From: an uncultured delta proteobacterium
Lineage (GTDB): Bacteria > Myxococcota_A > Polyangia > Polyangiales > Polyangiaceae
NCBI GenBank assembly: GCA_963696385.1
Contig: CAVOKF010000007.1
Location: 1,024,001-1,088,000, forward strand
DNA length: 64,000 nucleotides
Direction: 5' to 3'
Shown: piece by piece, positions 9,551 to 20,569 of the stretch
Layout: every line of letters begins with the position of its first letter
How positions within the stretch are numbered: position 1 is the first letter of the stretch
Translations under genes and position numbers: made by a program
The notes under the pieces: generated by a model
What the model was told of the DNA's origin: nothing
The model's database searches: none
What the model saw: only the letters and a program-made list of their open reading frames with translations

Positions 9551-10666
9551 TCACGGGTGCGCGCCGGTACCGGTTGCCGCCACGTCGGTCGCAACCAGAT
9601 CCGCGGCATTCTTCACACCCTCGCGCTCCAGAGTCTCGGCCAGATCGCGCGCGATCCGCGACGCCACGAACGGTCCACCATAGATAAAACTTGTATATAT
9701 TTGGACCAGATCCGCTCCCGCGCGCATGAGATCAAGTGCCTGGTCGGCTGTCTCGACTCCGCCGACCCCGACGACGACGACGCGACGCCCGAGCCGAGCC
9801 CGTATCCGCCGAACCGCCGCAAGGACACGGCTCCGTAGCGGCGGGCCACTGAGCCCGCCGGCGCCGATCGCGTCGAGCCGACCGGTAGGGGTTCGCAGCC
9901 CGTCGCGGGCAAGGGTCGTATTGGTGGCTACGACGCCGACAAGACCCACTTGCTCGACGACGCCGAGGATGTCTTCGAGCCCGCCTTCGTCGAGATCGGG
10001 AGCGATCTTGACGAGCATCTTGCCGCCCGGGCCCAGGGCCTCTCTCAACGCCGTCAGCAGGGTGCGTGCATGCCGCGGCGCTTGCAACGTCCGCAAGCCC
10101 CGTGTGTTGGGCGACGAGACATTGACCACGACGAAGTCGGCGACATGTCGTACTCGTTCGATCGCAGCGACATAGTCGGCGACGACCGCTCGGATGTCTT
10201 CGGGGGGAACCGCGCGAGACTTGCCGATCGAGACGCCGATGGGGATGCCGAGCGACGAGCGAGCCACCCCGAGGCGGGCAGCCACTCGCTCCGCGCCTTC
10301 GTTCGGGAAGCCCAGACGATTGACGAGCGCGCGGTCCGAGGGCAGCCGAAACAGATTGGGCCGCGGGTTTTCGCCCTGGGCCAACGCGGTGACCGTTCCG
10401 ATCTCGAGGTGCCCGAAGCCGAGCGCTGCGAGCGCGCGCGGGCGGTACGCGTTCTTGTCGAAGCCTGCGGCGAGGCCGATCGGCGACGGAAAGGTCAACC
10501 CCATGACGGTCGTCGCGAGGCGGGAATCCTGCGGAGGGCGCGCCACGCATCGCAGCACGGCGCGGAGCGGCGCCACATGCTCGGGGGGCCAGAGTGCCGC
10601 GAAGGCCAACGCATGAGCCGCGTGAGGCGGCAATACGAAAAGGAGCGGCCGCAGCGCGCCGTACAT
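9551..10666 (-). CDS. pyrD: Dihydroorotate dehydrogenase (quinone), class 2
   Basis: GLAAGFDKN, GTVT, NRLGFPNEG, VNVSSPNT, VKIAPDL, ATNTT, GGLSGPPL. Confidence 0.95.
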   Translation of the reverse strand: MYGALRPLLFVLPPHAAHALAFAALWPPEHVAPLRAVLRCVARPPQDSRLATTVMGLTFPSPIGLAAGFDKNAYRPRALAALGFGHLEIGTVTALAQGENPRPNLFRLPSDRALVNRLGFPNEGAERVAARLGVARSSLGIPIGVSIGKSRAVPPEDIRAVVADYVAAIERVRHVADFVVVNVSSPNTRGLRTLQAPRHARTLLTALREALGPGGKMLVKIAPDLDEGGLEDILGVVEQVGLVGVVATNTTLARDGLRTPTGRLDAIGAGGLSGPPLRSRVLAAVRRIRARLGRRVVVVGVGGVETADQALDLMRAGADLVQIYTSFIYGGPFVASRIARDLAETLEREGVKNAADLVATDVAATGTGAHP

Positions 10667-10834
10667 CGCGTTGCGCAGAGCTTACGCCGTCGCTCGCTCG
10701 ATCGCGTCGGGAATCCTGTCGCCGATCGCGGGCGCGACCGGCCCCACTCGGGACCGCGCGCGCCGCGCCTCTGCTATGGTTAGGATTCACGGCGAAGCGG
10801 TCGATCGTCCTGCCGCCGCAAGGAAATCTTCGTC

Positions 10835-11956
10835 GTGATCATCGGCGTCCCGAAAGAAATCAAGACCCGGGAGTATCGGGTCGGAATGACACCCGCGGGT
10901 GTACGCATGCTCGTGTCGCACGGTCACCGGGTGCTCGTCGAGACCGGTGCCGGCGACGGAAGCGGGATTGCCGATGCCGATTACGCGGCGCAGGGGGCGA
11001 CGATCGTCGCCACGGCCGCTGAGGCGTGGGATGCCGCAATGGTCGTCAAGGTGAAGGAGCCTCTGTCGACCGAGCACCGATACTTTCGCAGCGGGCTCGT
11101 ACTCTACACGTATCTGCACCTGGCCGCGGAGCCCGTGCTCACTCGGGCGCTCGCAGCCAGTGGGGTGTCGTCGGTAGCCTACGAGACGATCGAGGCGCGC
11201 GACGGCAGTCTGCCGCTCCTGAAGCCCATGAGCGAGGTCGCCGGCAGAATGGCGGTGCAGGTCGGCGCGACGTGTCTCGAGAAGGAGCGCGGGGGCAAGG
11301 GTGTCCTTCTCGGGGGCGTTCCCGGGACGCGACGGGGGCGGGTCGTCATCTTGGGCGGTGGAATCGTCGGCCGAAACGCGGCAACCATTGCGGTGGGGAT
11401 GGGTGCGCAGGTGACGGTGCTCGATGTCCGAGCAGAAGCGATGGCGTCGCTCGAAGATTTGTTCGGGGGCGCCATCGAGACGCTCTACTCGAATCCGACG
11501 AACGTCGAGGACGCCGTCGTCCGAGCGGACCTCGTCGTAGGCGCCGTGCTCGTCACCGGCGCGGCGGCCCCAAAGCTCGTCACCGAGAAGATCGTGGGCC
11601 GAATGGCGGCGGGCAGCGTGATTGTCGACGTCGCGGTGGATCAGGGCGGCTGCATCGAGACGTGTCGGCCGACCGATCACGATAGGCCGACCTACGAAGT
11701 GCACGGCGTCGTGCATTATTGCGTCCCCAACATGCCGGGAGCCGTGCCGCAGACGAGCACCTGGGCGCTGACGAACGTGACGATCGGCCACGCCGTCGCG
11801 ATCGCCGACAACGGACTTGCCGCCGCCGCGCGCCGAGATGAAACGCTCCTGTCCGGCATCAATACGCTCGATGGCCACGTGACGTACGCACCCGTCGCCG
11901 AGGCGCACGGACTCGAATACGTCCCCGCGCGGCGTCTACTCGGTCTTTTCGCGTGA
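10835..11956 (+). CDS. ald: Alanine dehydrogenase
   Basis: [55 protein letters not shown]. Confidence 0.96.
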   Translation: MIIGVPKEIKTREYRVGMTPAGVRMLVSHGHRVLVETGAGDGSGIADADYAAQGATIVATAAEAWDAAMVVKVKEPLSTEHRYFRSGLVLYTYLHLAAEPVLTRALAASGVSSVAYETIEARDGSLPLLKPMSEVAGRMAVQVGATCLEKERGGKGVLLGGVPGTRRGRVVILGGGIVGRNAATIAVGMGAQVTVLDVRAEAMASLEDLFGGAIETLYSNPTNVEDAVVRADLVVGAVLVTGAAAPKLVTEKIVGRMAAGSVIVDVAVDQGGCIETCRPTDHDRPTYEVHGVVHYCVPNMPGAVPQTSTWALTNVTIGHAVAIADNGLAAAARRDETLLSGINTLDGHVTYAPVAEAHGLEYVPARRLLGLFA

Positions 11957-12717
11957 GCATCCGACCTTCGGCGGAACCCGCCGCGGTCGATCCCGACCTC
12001 TTTCGCGGTATCGACCTGCTTTGCCTCGACGCCGGAAATACCGTCGTGTTCCTCGATCACGCGCGGCTCTCGCGCATTTGCCGGGTGGCGGGTTTCGAGA
12101 CCACGACCGATGCGCTCATCCACGCGGAGGGCGAAGCCAAGCACGCTCAGGAGCGAGGCGCGCTCCTGGAGTTCGAATGGTCCGGATCCGCCGCGCCGTC
12201 GGCCCGTGCATGGGGCGCGTTCGTCGCAACGATGATGGTGAGCGCGGGAGTCCCGCGCGTCGGCGTGCGGGCCGGCGTCGAAGCCGCTTGGATCGAGCAC
12301 GGTCGTCGAAACCTATGGTCGCTCGTGCCCGAGGGTCTCGTTTCCGCCTTGGATCAGGCGCGGGCGGCGGGAGTCCGGATAGCAATCGTGAGCAACTCCG
12401 AAGGCAAGCTCGTGACCCTGTTGAACGACGTCGGAGTCCTGGGCTCGGTCGACGTCGTCGTGGACAGCGGAGTCGTCGGGGTCCAAAAACCCGACCCACG
12501 CATTTTCCAGATCGCGCTCGAACACGTTAACATTCCCGCTTCGCGGGCTCTGCACCTCGGCGACGTCTACGTCACCGACGTCGTGGGCGCACGATCCGCG
12601 GGGCTGCGCGCCGCTCTGGTCGACCCGCTCGGGCACCTCGCAGGACGCCACCTCGACGTGCCGCGCGTACCGGGAGCCGCCGCCGTCCTTCGCGCGATGG
12701 CGGCTGCCCGAGGGTGA
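11953..12717 (+). CDS. HAD-superfamily hydrolase (subfamily IA)
   Basis: LDAGNT motif I, VSNS, KPDPRIF, HLGD..VTDVVGA. Confidence 0.88.
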   Translation: MSIRPSAEPAAVDPDLFRGIDLLCLDAGNTVVFLDHARLSRICRVAGFETTTDALIHAEGEAKHAQERGALLEFEWSGSAAPSARAWGAFVATMMVSAGVPRVGVRAGVEAAWIEHGRRNLWSLVPEGLVSALDQARAAGVRIAIVSNSEGKLVTLLNDVGVLGSVDVVVDSGVVGVQKPDPRIFQIALEHVNIPASRALHLGDVYVTDVVGARSAGLRAALVDPLGHLAGRHLDVPRVPGAAAVLRAMAAARG

Positions 12718-13832
12718 CGCCGGTGTCGACCGCGCCGAAACTCGTGGCGATCATTCCGGGCGACGGCATCGGGCCGGAGGTGACAGCGCAAGCGACCCGG
12801 GTGCTCGACTTCTATGTCGCCGAGCGCGGCCTGCCGATCGCCCTGTGGCCCATCGACCTGGGCGCAGACCGGTATCTTCGCGATGGCGTCGCGCTTTCAC
12901 CCGATGTGCGGGATCGCATATCGCGAGAAGCCAGCGCGGTTCTCCTCGGGGCGCTCGGCGACCCTCGTGTCCCGGGTCACGAGCACGCCCGCGACATCCT
13001 TTTCGGGCTGCGGTTCGGACTCGACCTCTATGCCAACGTTCGACCCGTCCGAGCTCTGAGCGATCGCCTCGTGCCATTGCGGCAGCGAGGCGCCACGGAC
13101 GTCGATTTCGTCGTCTTCCGCGAGAACACCGAGGGCGCCTACGCCGGGATCGGAGGACAGTTCAAGCGCGGGACGCGCGACGAGATCGCGATCGGCGAGG
13201 ACGTCAACACGCGACGGGGTGTCGAGCGACTCATTCGCGCGGGCTTCGAGCACGCGCGGGCGCACCGAAAACGACGCGTGCACATGGCCGACAAATCCAA
13301 CGCCATGCGGCATGCACACGAGCTGTGGCACCGAGTATTCTTCGAAGTGGCCGGCGAATATCCGGAGGTCGAAGCCCAACACCTGTACATCGACGCCCTA
13401 TGTCTCGAACTCGTGCGCGATCCCGCGCAGTTCGAAGTGATCGTGACATGCAACTTGTTCGGGGACATCGTCACCGACCTCGGTGCGGCATTGCAGGGCG
13501 GGCTCGGGATGGCCGCGAGCGCCAACGTTCATCCGCGCGTGCGCGGATGCTGCGAAGCAGACCACCCGGCGACACGCGTTGCCTTATTCGAGCCGGTCCA
13601 CGGCTCGGCGCCGCCTTTGGCCGGCAAGGACGTGGCGAATCCCCTCGCGAGCATTCTAACGGTGGGCTTGCTGCTGTCGCACCTGGGATGGGATGCAGAG
13701 CGGGCGCGGCTCGAATCGATTGTCGTTCGTGCCCTTGGCGAGGGCAAGTGCACGCCCGACGTCGGAGGGGAGCTCGGAACCAGGGCCGTCGGCGATTGGG
13801 TCGTGCATGAGCTCGCACAGGCCTTCGGATGA
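12714..13832 (+). CDS. leuB: 3-isopropylmalate / isocitrate-isopropylmalate family dehydrogenase
   Basis: IPGDGIGPEV, RENTEG, DKSNA, NLFGDIVTDLGAALQGGLG, FEPVHGSAP. Exact substrate uncertain. Confidence 0.8.
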   Translation: MTPVSTAPKLVAIIPGDGIGPEVTAQATRVLDFYVAERGLPIALWPIDLGADRYLRDGVALSPDVRDRISREASAVLLGALGDPRVPGHEHARDILFGLRFGLDLYANVRPVRALSDRLVPLRQRGATDVDFVVFRENTEGAYAGIGGQFKRGTRDEIAIGEDVNTRRGVERLIRAGFEHARAHRKRRVHMADKSNAMRHAHELWHRVFFEVAGEYPEVEAQHLYIDALCLELVRDPAQFEVIVTCNLFGDIVTDLGAALQGGLGMAASANVHPRVRGCCEADHPATRVALFEPVHGSAPPLAGKDVANPLASILTVGLLLSHLGWDAERARLESIVVRALGEGKCTPDVGGELGTRAVGDWVVHELAQAFG

Positions 13833-13965
13833 GTCGCGGCGCGGACGACGACGCATCGGTCGTTTCACCGCGACGGCGCTCGACGGCCGGGAACCGTGGG
13901 CCGTGTCACACTGTCGATCGGAAATGCGGCCGCGAAGCGAACCTCGGCGGGAGGCGGAGGCGATC

Positions 13966-14502
13966 ATGGAGTCCTTGGGCTACGGCGTCACCGTCCTTCT
14001 GGGCGCCTCCGCCCTCTGGGCGATGAGCGGCACGCTGCGCGAACGACCGCTCGTCGCCTTACCGGGTCCCTCTTCTGTGATGGTTGTCGAGCAACGGGCC
14101 GCGACCCACCCCGGCGACCCGCTCGCGACACGCGATCTGGCGCAAGCTTACTTGGACGCACATCAACCTGGGCTGGCCGTCGTATGGATCGAAGCGGCCC
14201 CGCCGACGGTGCGCAACGACGTGCGCGTGCGTCACGTCGCGGCACGCGCGCTCGTCGACCAGGGACGCAACGACGAAGCCCTCGCGCTCGAACGAGAAGT
14301 CGTCGCGACATGCGGCGATACGACGGGCGGCGAGGGGGGCTCCGCAGGCTGCGACCCGGTCCTCGTCGCGTCGGCCATTCGGCGCGCAAGCATTTTGCAA
14401 GCGCTGGTCGCGCTGGGAGTCGAGGATGCCCAGGCCCAGCCGGAGGCGAGCCTCATCGCCTACCGGAATGCCACCCGGGAAGCGCGTGTTTTAGTGGAAT
14501 AG
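13966..14502 (+). CDS. Hypothetical membrane-anchored TPR-like protein
   Basis: GGAGG upstream of ATG 13966; N-terminal hydrophobic segment; helical repeats LAQAYLDAHQPGLA and ARALVDQGRNDEAL. Confidence 0.6.
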   Translation: MESLGYGVTVLLGASALWAMSGTLRERPLVALPGPSSVMVVEQRAATHPGDPLATRDLAQAYLDAHQPGLAVVWIEAAPPTVRNDVRVRHVAARALVDQGRNDEALALEREVVATCGDTTGGEGGSAGCDPVLVASAIRRASILQALVALGVEDAQAQPEASLIAYRNATREARVLVE

Positions 14503-14636
14503 CGAGGCTGCGGCCCTTCAAGGGTGCCCCGACGACCCCAGGGCAAGCCCGGGGGGGCCCGACAGTTCAACGCGTGCGCGGCCGGATTCTGCCGTTACAA
14601 CAAGACGAACCTGTCAAGACGAGGAGTCCGAGGCCC

Positions 14637-16556
14637 ATGTGCGGCATCGTTGGTTATGTCGGCCCGAGAGATTGCGCCCCCATTCTCGTCGCGGGGCTCC
14701 GCAGCCTCGAGTACCGAGGATACGACTCCGCGGGGCTCGCGGTTTACGTCCGCTCGCCCGGAACGAAGTCTTCGGGGCCACGCGGCGCCGTCGAAATCGT
14801 GCGCGCGGTGGGCAAACTCGCCAATCTCGAGGTCGCTCTGCGAAGAAATCCGCTCGCAGGCACGACGGGCATCGGTCACACGCGCTGGGCCACTCACGGA
14901 CGGCCCAGTGAGGCGAACGCCCACCCTCACGTCGCCGGCGACGTGGCGGTCGTCCACAACGGGATTATCGAAAACCATGTCGCTCTAAGACGTGAGCTCG
15001 AGGCGAAAGGGGTTCGGTTCGCCAGCGATACGGACACCGAAATCGTCGCACACCTCATCAACGACGCGCGGGTGGACGGCGCGCCACGGCTCGTGGACGC
15101 CGTCAGGGCCGCGCTAAGGCGCGTGCGCGGCGCGTATGCCATTGCCGTCGTCTCGGGGGCAACGCCGGACGAGATTGTCGTCGCCAAAGCGGACAGTCCG
15201 CTCGTCCTGGGGCTTTCGGACGGCGAGACGCTCTGCGCGAGCGACATTCCCGCGCTGCTCGCTCACACGCGCGACGTCGTTCTGCTTCACGACGGCGAGG
15301 TCGCCGTTCTCACGCGAAGTGGCGCAGAAATCACCACCCTCGACGGAACGCCGGTCGAGCGCTCGTCGAGGCGGATCGAGTGGTCGCCCACCCAGGCCGA
15401 GAAGGGCGGCTTCAAACATTTCATGCTCAAGGAGATCCACGAGCAGCCGCGCGCCGTCGAAGACACGCTGCGGGGTCGAGTGGACTTGAGCGGCGGGGAC
15501 GTCGTCGGCGAAGAGATGGGGATCAGTACCGATCTCGCGCTCAGAATCCGGCGCGTATGCTTCATCGCTTGTGGCACGAGCTCGCATGCGGCCATGGCGG
15601 GCCGCTACTGGATCGAACAGCTCGCGCGAATCGGTGCGACCGTCGAGATCGGGAGCGAGGTCCGATATCGGAGCCCTGTTTTCGGACCCGATGACCTCGT
15701 GGTCGCCGTCAGTCAGAGCGGAGAAACGCTCGACACGTTGGCCGCGGTGAAGACGGCGAAGACCGCGGGCGCCCACGTGCTCGCCGTCTCGAACGTAATC
15801 GACAGCGCGATTCCGAGAGCGAGCGATTCAGCGCTCTACACCCATGCCGGGCCCGAGATCGGCGTCGCGTCGACCAAGTGCTTCACGACCCAGCTCGCGG
15901 CTTTGCTGCTCCTGTCGGTGTATCTCGGGCGACGGAGGGGGGTTCTTGCGGCGAGCGAAGCCCGGCGTGTTCTCGAGGCGCTGAGGCATGTGCCCCAGCA
16001 GATGCGCGACGTGTTGCTGGGCGCCGACGACGTCCGCCACATCGCGAGAAGGTTCATGCGGTCGGAGCACATGCTCTTCCTCGGGCGCGGCACGGGGTTC
16101 CCGATCGCCCTCGAAGGGGCACTCAAGCTAAAAGAGATTTCGTACATCCATGCAGAGGGTTACGCCGCCGGCGAGATGAAACACGGTCCGATCGCGCTCA
16201 TCGACGAGAACATGCCGGTGGTCGTCGTCTGTCCGCGGGATGGACACTACGAGAAGACTCTCTCGAGCATGCAGGAGGTAAGGGCGCGCGAAGGCCAGCT
16301 CGTCGTCGTGTGCACGTCAGGCGATACGGACGTCCGAACGCTGCTGCTCGCGTCCGATGACGTGGCTCGAGGCGTGCCACGTTCGAGCGGACTGCCACCC
16401 GAGCCCGCCGTCTTGCCCATCCCGAACGCGGACGCCGAAGTCCTGCCGCTCTTGAGCGTCATTCCGCTCCAACTTCTTGCCTATTACATCGCGGATCTCA
16501 AAGGTACCGACGTCGATCAGCCGCGCAATCTCGCAAAGACGGTTACGGTCGAATAG
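14637..16556 (+). CDS. glmS: Glutamine--fructose-6-phosphate transaminase (isomerizing)
   Basis: MCGIVG start, LEYRGYDSAG, GHTRWATHG, SQSGET, GEMKHGPIAL, C-terminal DQPRNLAKTVTVE. Confidence 0.97.
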   Translation: MCGIVGYVGPRDCAPILVAGLRSLEYRGYDSAGLAVYVRSPGTKSSGPRGAVEIVRAVGKLANLEVALRRNPLAGTTGIGHTRWATHGRPSEANAHPHVAGDVAVVHNGIIENHVALRRELEAKGVRFASDTDTEIVAHLINDARVDGAPRLVDAVRAALRRVRGAYAIAVVSGATPDEIVVAKADSPLVLGLSDGETLCASDIPALLAHTRDVVLLHDGEVAVLTRSGAEITTLDGTPVERSSRRIEWSPTQAEKGGFKHFMLKEIHEQPRAVEDTLRGRVDLSGGDVVGEEMGISTDLALRIRRVCFIACGTSSHAAMAGRYWIEQLARIGATVEIGSEVRYRSPVFGPDDLVVAVSQSGETLDTLAAVKTAKTAGAHVLAVSNVIDSAIPRASDSALYTHAGPEIGVASTKCFTTQLAALLLLSVYLGRRRGVLAASEARRVLEALRHVPQQMRDVLLGADDVRHIARRFMRSEHMLFLGRGTGFPIALEGALKLKEISYIHAEGYAAGEMKHGPIALIDENMPVVVVCPRDGHYEKTLSSMQEVRAREGQLVVVCTSGDTDVRTLLLASDDVARGVPRSSGLPPEPAVLPIPNADAEVLPLLSVIPLQLLAYYIADLKGTDVDQPRNLAKTVTVE

Positions 16557-16600
16557 CCGCGTCGCAACGTCCGCGTCCGGGCTCTGATATATCGGACGTC

Positions 16601-17917
16601 ATGGCCTCCGCCATACTCGGAGACTGGACGCACCGGCGCGGCGATCCCGGCGGAGCGCGGGCGGTTGCGGCGGACATCGAAAGGGCACGCCCGGCGGTCG
16701 CCTGGTCGTGGCGGCCGGACCACGGCGGGCGGGTCGATCAGGTCCGCGTCGCCGGAACGAGCGTCGTCGTAGCGACGATGATGCCCGACGATCGGAGCGC
16801 GCCCGGCTGGGAGCACGCGGTCATCTACGCGCTCGATGCCGACACGGGCGCGCAAGTGAGTCGTCGCGTCTTGCCCGACCCGGTATCGGTGGCGGCGATG
16901 GTGGTGCTGTCGGGCGAATTGCACATCGTCGGCGCCGGCAGAACCGAGCCAATCTACTGGTATGCGCTTTCGGTCGCCGAGCTCGCACCGCGGCTGCGCC
17001 GTGTGGCTTCGGCGCCCGGAGCCATCGGCTACGACGACGTCTTGGACGCGTGGGCGACCCCCGACGGCGGTCTCTGGTTGGAGCTCGAACGGAGCTCGGG
17101 CAAGGATTCGATCCGCGACCACGCCTACGCTTTCGCGGACCCGGCCGGCGCCCCCCTTTCCGTTCGGATGAGGGGCGAACGCGCCGCGCCGGACGGACCC
17201 CCGCTTGCGCGTGACGCGTGCGCGGGCGGAGACGCCCTGTTCGTGCCACTGCTCGCGAGTCGGCGGGCGGATGGCGTGGACACGGCGCCGGCTCTCTCGC
17301 GCCTCCAACCGCGGACCGAGCAGCCCCATCATCCAGCCGCGTTCGCGAACGCACGCCTGACCGCACCTCGAGCGCAGATCCATGCGCTCGTCGGCAAGGG
17401 GGTCGTCTACGCCGTCACCGCAGCGGAGGACCCGGCGAAGCCCGATCGGGTGCGCATCGAAGTGTTTGCAGCCGACGCCACGTCCGGGGCCGTGCTTTGG
17501 CGTGCGCACGACAATCGAGTGGCACTCGGGGGTCCTTGGGGGGAAGCCGCACGCCTGGCGCGACGCCCGAACGGCGAGCTGCTCTTCCAAAGTCTCGGTC
17601 CCGACGGAACCCCGTGCACGCCGCTCGTCTGCGCGCGACCGGATGGTCACATCGGTACGATGTTGCTCGGCGCGAGAGGCCCCTACGTTCTCGATGCAGC
17701 GCTCGGAGACCTCGTCCTCGCCCACCGCGAAAGTCGCGAGGGCAAGGTCGAGGTGAGCGGATTTGCGATCGACCTCGAAGGGCGCCTACTCGGCCGGCGC
17801 GCGATCCCGCGTTGGACCATCGACACGGCGGATCTCGGCGGCGGCGCGACCGTCTATGCCGGGGCCGGGCTCATCGTCGTGCGGGGCACGCGCGCGGTGT
17901 GTGCGTTGCGAATTTGA
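16601..17917 (+). CDS. Hypothetical protein, possibly PQQ-like beta-propeller
   Basis: 438 aa ORF filling the gap after glmS; repeats YALDADTGAQV and FAADATSGAVLWR resemble PQQ-type blades. Confidence 0.6.
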   Translation: MASAILGDWTHRRGDPGGARAVAADIERARPAVAWSWRPDHGGRVDQVRVAGTSVVVATMMPDDRSAPGWEHAVIYALDADTGAQVSRRVLPDPVSVAAMVVLSGELHIVGAGRTEPIYWYALSVAELAPRLRRVASAPGAIGYDDVLDAWATPDGGLWLELERSSGKDSIRDHAYAFADPAGAPLSVRMRGERAAPDGPPLARDACAGGDALFVPLLASRRADGVDTAPALSRLQPRTEQPHHPAAFANARLTAPRAQIHALVGKGVVYAVTAAEDPAKPDRVRIEVFAADATSGAVLWRAHDNRVALGGPWGEAARLARRPNGELLFQSLGPDGTPCTPLVCARPDGHIGTMLLGARGPYVLDAALGDLVLAHRESREGKVEVSGFAIDLEGRLLGRRAIPRWTIDTADLGGGATVYAGAGLIVVRGTRAVCALRI

Positions 17918-17926
17918 ATCGTCCGG

Positions 17927-19531
17927 TTACGCCGTGGCGCGTTTGAGCCGATCCATCGCCGCCATCAGCTGACGCAGACTTTGCTGCTGGGCACTGGCGC
18001 TGGACTCGATCTTGGCGGCGGAGGCGAGCATCTGTTGACTGCCGGTCGCTTGCGATTTGTGGCTCGTGTTGAGCTGGCCGACCATGCTCGAAATGTTCTC
18101 GATGGCCCCGGAGATTTGACGTCCACCGCGCGCCTGCTCTTGCGAGCTGCGTTCGACGTGCTGCGTGATGATTCGCATTTTCTCGGCACTCTTCATGATG
18201 AGCTCCGAACCACGCGCTTGCTCCGCCGTCGCGGCGGCGATTTGCTGCACGGTTTCGGCGATGCGACCGATGGCGTCGGTCACCTGCTTGCTGCCCTTGG
18301 CTTGCTCCACCGTCGCTCGCGCGATCGCGCGGACCATGTTCGTGCTCTTTTGCGAACTCTCGAGGATTTTTTTGAGCGCCCTCTCCGCTTCATTCGACAC
18401 TTCGACCCCCCGGTCGACGTTGTGCGCGCCGCGCTCGACGGCCGCGATCGCGTTCTTGCTCTCGGTTTGCACGGTCTTGATGAGGTCCGTGATTTCGCGC
18501 GTACTCGCACCGGCACGCTCCGCGAGATCCTTGATCTCGTCGGCGACGACGGCGAAGCCCTTGCCTTGCTCGCCCGCTTGCGCGGCGATGATGGCGGCGT
18601 TCAGGGCGAGCAGGTTCGTCTGCTCGGCGACGTCATCGATGACGTTCACGATCTGCCCGATGGCCTCGATGCGCGATCCCAGCGTCGAGATGACCGAAAC
18701 CGCCTCCTGCGAGCTCTCCTTGATGCGATAAATCTCGCTGATCGTCTTGAGGATGGCTTCGGCGCCCTTCTCCGCATCGAGCGCCACTTCCTCGGAGAGT
18801 CGGGCCGTCTCGTTGGCGTTACTCTGCACCTGGTCGATCGAGACATCCATTTCATTCATCGAACTGCTGGTCTCTTCGGCCGTGAGCGAGAGAGCATCGA
18901 CGTTCTTCGCCACCTCCTTGATGGAGTACGCCATCTCTTCGATCGAGCTGACCGTCTCGCGCACGCTTCCTGCAAGCTCGCCGACGTTCTCGGCCACCTC
19001 GTCGTTCGTCGCGGTCATCTCGAGGATCGAGCTCGACGATTCTTCTGCGCTCTGCGTGAGAGCCTCGATGTGCGCTGCGATTTCGTGAACGGACTTGGTG
19101 AGCTCCCGGATTAGACGCGACGTTTCCTCGACGGCTGCCACCTGGCCCTGCACGTTGGCGTCGAGACGGTGGGCGCTGTCCTCGAGCGTGCGATCGTATT
19201 CGCTCATTTGCGCGCGGCACGCCACGAGTTCTTCGCGATCCTTGCGGCGCTGGTCGCTCAGGTCGCCCAGCAACTGGTACAGTTGCAGCGTGTCGCCCGC
19301 CGCCTCAGCCGGGACATCCGGGCGCTCGCCGGAAGACGCGCGCCGCGCCGCATCGACGACCCTGTGAAGCGAAGCCGGCGCCCCCGCCGTACCGCTCAAT
19401 GCAATCGCGATGAGCCCCACGATGGCGACGCCGAAGATTCGAGGACCCGCGTCCCGAGCGAGCAAGGCGCCACCGGCTCCTGCCAGCAACATCGCGAGCA
19501 TGCCGAACAGTTGTTTGGGCGACAGGGTCAT
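17927..19531 (-). CDS. Methyl-accepting chemotaxis protein
   Basis: [42 protein letters not shown] signalling hairpin; two N-terminal TMs with almost no periplasmic loop. Confidence 0.95.
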   Translation of the reverse strand: MTLSPKQLFGMLAMLLAGAGGALLARDAGPRIFGVAIVGLIAIALSGTAGAPASLHRVVDAARRASSGERPDVPAEAAGDTLQLYQLLGDLSDQRRKDREELVACRAQMSEYDRTLEDSAHRLDANVQGQVAAVEETSRLIRELTKSVHEIAAHIEALTQSAEESSSSILEMTATNDEVAENVGELAGSVRETVSSIEEMAYSIKEVAKNVDALSLTAEETSSSMNEMDVSIDQVQSNANETARLSEEVALDAEKGAEAILKTISEIYRIKESSQEAVSVISTLGSRIEAIGQIVNVIDDVAEQTNLLALNAAIIAAQAGEQGKGFAVVADEIKDLAERAGASTREITDLIKTVQTESKNAIAAVERGAHNVDRGVEVSNEAERALKKILESSQKSTNMVRAIARATVEQAKGSKQVTDAIGRIAETVQQIAAATAEQARGSELIMKSAEKMRIITQHVERSSQEQARGGRQISGAIENISSMVGQLNTSHKSQATGSQQMLASAAKIESSASAQQQSLRQLMAAMDRLKRATA

Positions 19532-19551
19532 CTAGTCGGGCGAGCCCTACC

Positions 19552-20520
19552 TTGATCCCGGAAGTTACCGGGCCGGGGTCGCCGGACGCAAGGAAAGCTC
19601 GCCGCGTGGGGCACTTAGCCCTTACCTTTCGACTCGTGCTCGCCGCACCGCCCATTCCTTCCGGCTGCCCGGGCGCCACGGCGCTCGTGGCCCTTCGGTT
19701 CGAGGACGTCAGCCAAGACGGGCGACTGGTGCTCGAGGCGCTTCCGCACTCCCTGCAGCCCATTTGGGCCGTCTTCGCCGATAACGCCTCGGTCCGTGCC
19801 TGCCACGAGCGAGGCATCATTCCCATTCTCACGAGGTTCGTATTGGAGGGAGCGCCGGGGCCGTTCTCCGCCCAGGTTGCCGTGCTCTCGGAAGCCAACT
19901 ACCGAATTGCGCGGGCCGACGACGGACGCATCGTGCTCGACATGTGGGCGGCGCTGTCGGCGCCGATCGGCCGCACGTACGACCCGCGACTCGCCGGCGC
20001 TGCTCGGTTGCCCGCCGGCCGCGTCTTCGCCGAGCACGTGTTCACGCGTCCGTTCGCACCGCCGGGCGATCGCCGTGTGGTCGCACTCGACTTCGATGGG
20101 GCACCCGACATCCGAGACCAGCGTGCGTCTCTATCGCCCCCGCACGGCATCTTGACGCTGCCCGTCACGGCGCGCGCCCTGGATTCCGAACTGTCCCTGG
20201 ATCCGGTCCCCGTCACGTTCGGACTCGTGCACACCGACAGCAACCTGCACGTCAACTCGCTCGCATACATCCGCCTCTTCGAGGAGGCGGCGTTGCGACG
20301 CTTCTATGAGAGGGGCCAGGGCTCGAAGCGGCTCGGCCGGCGCCTCGACATCGCCTACCGCAAGCCGTGCTTTGCCGGGCAGCGGATGCGCGTAGCCATG
20401 CAGGCGTTCGAGGACGGCGGTGTGCTCGGAATCGTCGCCGCCCTCGTGGACGAGGCGTGGGCCGCCGGCGTGGATCGCGGCCCCCCGCACGCCTATGCGC
20501 GAATGGAGTTCGAGGCCTAG
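19552..20520 (+). CDS. Acyl-ACP thioesterase-like double hotdog protein
   Basis: LRFEDVSQDG and TDSNLHVNSLAY (D-x-N-x-H-V-N motif). True start probably slightly downstream. Confidence 0.65.
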   Translation: MIPEVTGPGSPDARKARRVGHLALTFRLVLAAPPIPSGCPGATALVALRFEDVSQDGRLVLEALPHSLQPIWAVFADNASVRACHERGIIPILTRFVLEGAPGPFSAQVAVLSEANYRIARADDGRIVLDMWAALSAPIGRTYDPRLAGAARLPAGRVFAEHVFTRPFAPPGDRRVVALDFDGAPDIRDQRASLSPPHGILTLPVTARALDSELSLDPVPVTFGLVHTDSNLHVNSLAYIRLFEEAALRRFYERGQGSKRLGRRLDIAYRKPCFAGQRMRVAMQAFEDGGVLGIVAALVDEAWAAGVDRGPPHAYARMEFEA

Positions 20521-20569
20521 CGTCCAACCGACTCGAAAGGAGCCGGCCGATGCGACGTCTCGCATCGGA

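Noticed and set aside
14503..14636. Possible glmS ribozyme upstream of glmS
   Set aside because: GC-rich hairpin potential exists, but I cannot identify the conserved ribozyme core, and the element is mainly known from Gram-positive lineages.
19552..20520. Thioesterase-like gene as release enzyme for the FAAL/ACP cluster
   Set aside because: It lies more than 10 kb away among housekeeping genes, with no evidence of linkage.
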